DNA from: an uncultured virus (IMG/VR IMGVR_UViG_3300030061_001171)
Lineage: Duplodnaviria; Heunggongvirae; Uroviricota; Caudoviricetes
IMG/VR virus record: IMGVR_UViG_3300030061_001171
Reading direction: 5' to 3' (one strand)
Length of the DNA: 64,000 nucleotides
This document shows, piece by piece, positions 63,401-64,000 of this stretch. A program made the translations under genes and the position numbers. The stretch's first letter is position 1, and each line of letters begins with the position of its first letter. The notes under the pieces are model-generated. The model was not told the origin of the DNA. It made no database searches and saw only the letters and a list, made by a program, of their open reading frames with translations.

Positions 63401-64000
63401 TTCAATTACAGAAACTTCTTATTTAAGAATTTCCATTTAGACGAAAAAGCAGACTCTCATCAGGTATTTGGGCATGTTCCCATTAACCACCTGTATTTTG
63501 AAAACTTTGTTGTTTCTTCTAATGTCGGTAAATATTGTTTATCTACTGATAGTAGTACCACTGCGTGTAAGAATGTTTCTTCTGGTCCTTTCTTCCCTCT
63601 TAGTCAAGGTAAGGTTTCATCATTAGAGACTAAGTATCTGCACTACGGTCGTAAGCAAATTCAAAACCTGTACATGAAAGACTGCGTATTCCACAACTTA
63701 GGTACATCTGAGTTGTTGTTAAACACTAAATATCCTAGTTCTATTGACTACGGTAATACTGATTTAGGGTTTGCAGGAAGTAACTTTGCTGTAGATGGTT
63801 TTAGATATTATTGGGTTGGGGCTTTATCGCCCTTTATTAGAAACGTACGTCAGGTTAAAAACGACTTTACTAATACGTCACTAATTTGTAATGCAGCAGG
63901 TGTTGGTAGTACTTTTGGTCCTGTTGTTCACAAGAAATCTTCTCCTGCTATAGGAAGAACTTCTAGTGGGAGTGACATTAATTCAAACCCCTACGGTCCT
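57473..64000 (+). CDS. Very large Cys-rich protein (>2176 aa, 3'-truncated), probable receptor-binding/tail-associated protein
   Basis: ATG 57473 after SD AGGAG; frame stays open to the window end (MSIPPVFNSGDCGCAEG...DINSNPYGP); absent from the ORF track because no stop is reached. Confidence 0.85.
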   Translation, partial: MSIPPVFNSGDCGCAEGPFNVSCNPVGRCCFGNQKAGGGGGDDEGGNCPTEPTSSLNLYNWPKSSFPHPHWSIDSTYWIGCFPFQIPKTALEDYILWVDPSADVPNPNCPESEHNRFNGDPDGTYKYNTFQTSYNQFCDTYGGFLNGDRLGRYEYNAISCPEDGNGDPIDNSDNFAFNPGFFFRHVGQPNFEGIILSDPNMYIAYKDISSLQEDTSVLLSLKSNGTKALVLKIRLIDQQNLKDQYGQNIQFVGPDGSTSAPRIKVDGALVELDDTDNYVGKVLTYRFPLEKGSISGEGEEVGSELGLLEDMWVSQQVSNGSLRGPINKHLSGCSDPFPKFGWKYTPYSDCEGTDPILNWSEVNENENIWGVRFEYWWYFEGTLTPGGSTASCPGFNSQTTYSRDSSQGSGEDPFCITVRQVLTPEQIQNIIDASNPSNPTPICNNPSCNGTPLIDLLDSCACTVFCEDCKSSFIGCGGGDEEDYPSNQFCACCKGVGGQYEGITCGDCAVCGQWYPCGSCPPNPEGVSCPNNCEDCPTDFNSEVLLTTYEECMKKKTEEGYRSICFRPIFRDEFGNDSDLLPCPECPNAAIVDQCGCHSANQDCQALVETCSNGDCISVIPDDCTKGSVKTFQFAVANVGGFETDGTIKLKMTAPYKDQIVYDYCGRRNSDMANNIEGRIAFDIMPQYYADENLIELGSPRLYFDQTVTPDAATGSVGRRCLPKSQFNTNNILRRGTGDLFNEVISAKMLQFCRTNGGGFCANCDNEDVEYQPPVLMKGMFTKYELNNSSALFKRDKQVNRLIAFSVVDNEITSSSSINSNSSFFDTDGTEYNSSVLDTDFNQTEIAQSMVDDTELNKIKADFTSLDTIWHMATYCKTSLQANSVFRDNDAYRFLSYSTESSDGWWHGGGDETLPDRKTTYLRIWSTQVRSVYKSCFDFSTDDCQENYEDATAGCYFRLDHEYVKDSQSERGITKSNFTTPVVGSDGVSRNYNSDSVVYKRTGANCEDTNTCIFCNPWISKWNVGEKGCYSYVDASGNFVAETEGAMLIPMRPHEYQIEFWYASKSGTLCTTLDESGQEVILPDYPSNFHLVGVVQSCPDCLELYDNTLRESVQDLVNNENEQEGVMNPYFDTCGSFFWQGEKRNTTLRSYYITNNPSTWSDINLPETNIPLPNVDFSDDFTVTIALYPFTGTAQSSYVDPNEEANSIPTMQAVTPTTWNEDQWYHVDPKHNFDFVARGMPQAMGRWTELPFKNYANEYLDPNETQLGFYLTISAAHMSGINFVNMYLDGASVDSVGHVTLTEEYKHPKEECVAKVDRDDNGNLINALEEYTARIETNNLTTGVHEVRAKISPNQGVSRLLYGEPPTGNAEVLVKGETLGGRVEGEYKNWGPISGKNFPLSKAQWSSEVPDGPPLLNDSIKTRINKHPAIGSTYKWNLSSSGFKYVNASSNTLYHSPNKYVFGATSQQNILFNGYESFWFNYNPAPTQVVVGDAADVSAGDADVTTIAAAFALLDTGSVESARHDAEIILLPGTTATPRKYHWPNSIDSETLTFTAAASWCQNALQKKSLVIKSKNPDSKSKTILWFPPGPDRVEMAWDDFALHVKDLTVYTSLTGSSVTQCLKSTGSNCRLLVENVDFESVCVTAIKASTLVDGSGDIICGDSLTRDSSGTVSGQIQYNKCRKIRDGEDNYQCSSDTTICGVNCCGILANGSGCADCTGSSCQYCRANCKCRMSEVQWWPFFSSDTVDLSTTGTNLTAEIDCGADYPCTASALSACKGIFGSDLVHTSPSYCLGTEKGECVILGLYNHDLMELADNDSWTMGIYAKSINSKAVPGPVVKNPVMVKHFTVDNMTDTLICDEGHSLIMDLWVKNIDNYSDPDKQDTDIVKWSLDDFETKYGVKVADDYSTSIGSPNPRAVYNFNSFIENRMMINIKVDNCHSRIINMPGPSLTVRDLMSSYNGHVNNVAGNPNNFGCFNYRNFLFKNFHLDEKADSHQVFGHVPINHLYFENFVVSSNVGKYCLSTDSSTTACKNVSSGPFFPLSQGKVSSLETKYLHYGRKQIQNLYMKDCVFHNLGTSELLLNTKYPSSIDYGNTDLGFAGSNFAVDGFRYYWVGALSPFIRNVRQVKNDFTNTSLICNAAGVGSTFGPVVHKKSSPAIGRTSSGSDINSNPYGP

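Larger units (their letters stand above)
1..64000 (+). mobile_element. T7-like (Autographiviridae-type) lytic podophage genome, partial and circularly permuted
   Basis: Single-subunit RNAP, T7-type primase-helicase, PolA, exonuclease, portal-scaffold-capsid-tail tube A/B-fibre block and TerL, all co-oriented; no integrase or host housekeeping context seen. Confidence 0.97.

Overview
The whole window is part of a large (>64 kb, circularly permuted, not complete here) lytic T7-like (Autographiviridae-type) podophage genome, with every credible gene on the + strand. Order: small basic ORFs, terminase large subunit, three internal virion (ejection) proteins including a 4609-aa giant, putative holin, dockerin-like protein, probable genome end (~22.85 kb), early region, thyX, two tRNAs, T7-type RNA polymerase, sigma-factor-like gene, replication and nucleotide genes (SSB, RusA, primase-helicase, PolA, dNMP kinase, exonuclease, class II RNR), portal, scaffold, capsid, tail tube A/B, tail fibre, and a >2176-aa Cys-rich ORF running off the end. 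Main discoveries: (1) two complete pistol self-cleaving ribozymes that overlap the stop codons of early genes and bracket an 848-nt two-gene RNA whose ends would rebuild a ribozyme if ligated into a circle; (2) single-subunit RNA polymerase motifs with N4 virion-RNAP-like spacing inside the giant ejection protein, alongside a normal T7-type RNAP and a FliA/WhiG-like sigma factor; (3) a repeated candidate phage promoter TAAAAA(A/C)CCCAnnnTATAACA; (4) hints of a planctomycete (Phycisphaerae) host; (5) a riboflavin-kinase-like AT-rich insert beside thyX and an Ocr-like acidic early protein. All family calls are from motif recognition by eye; no database search was run.
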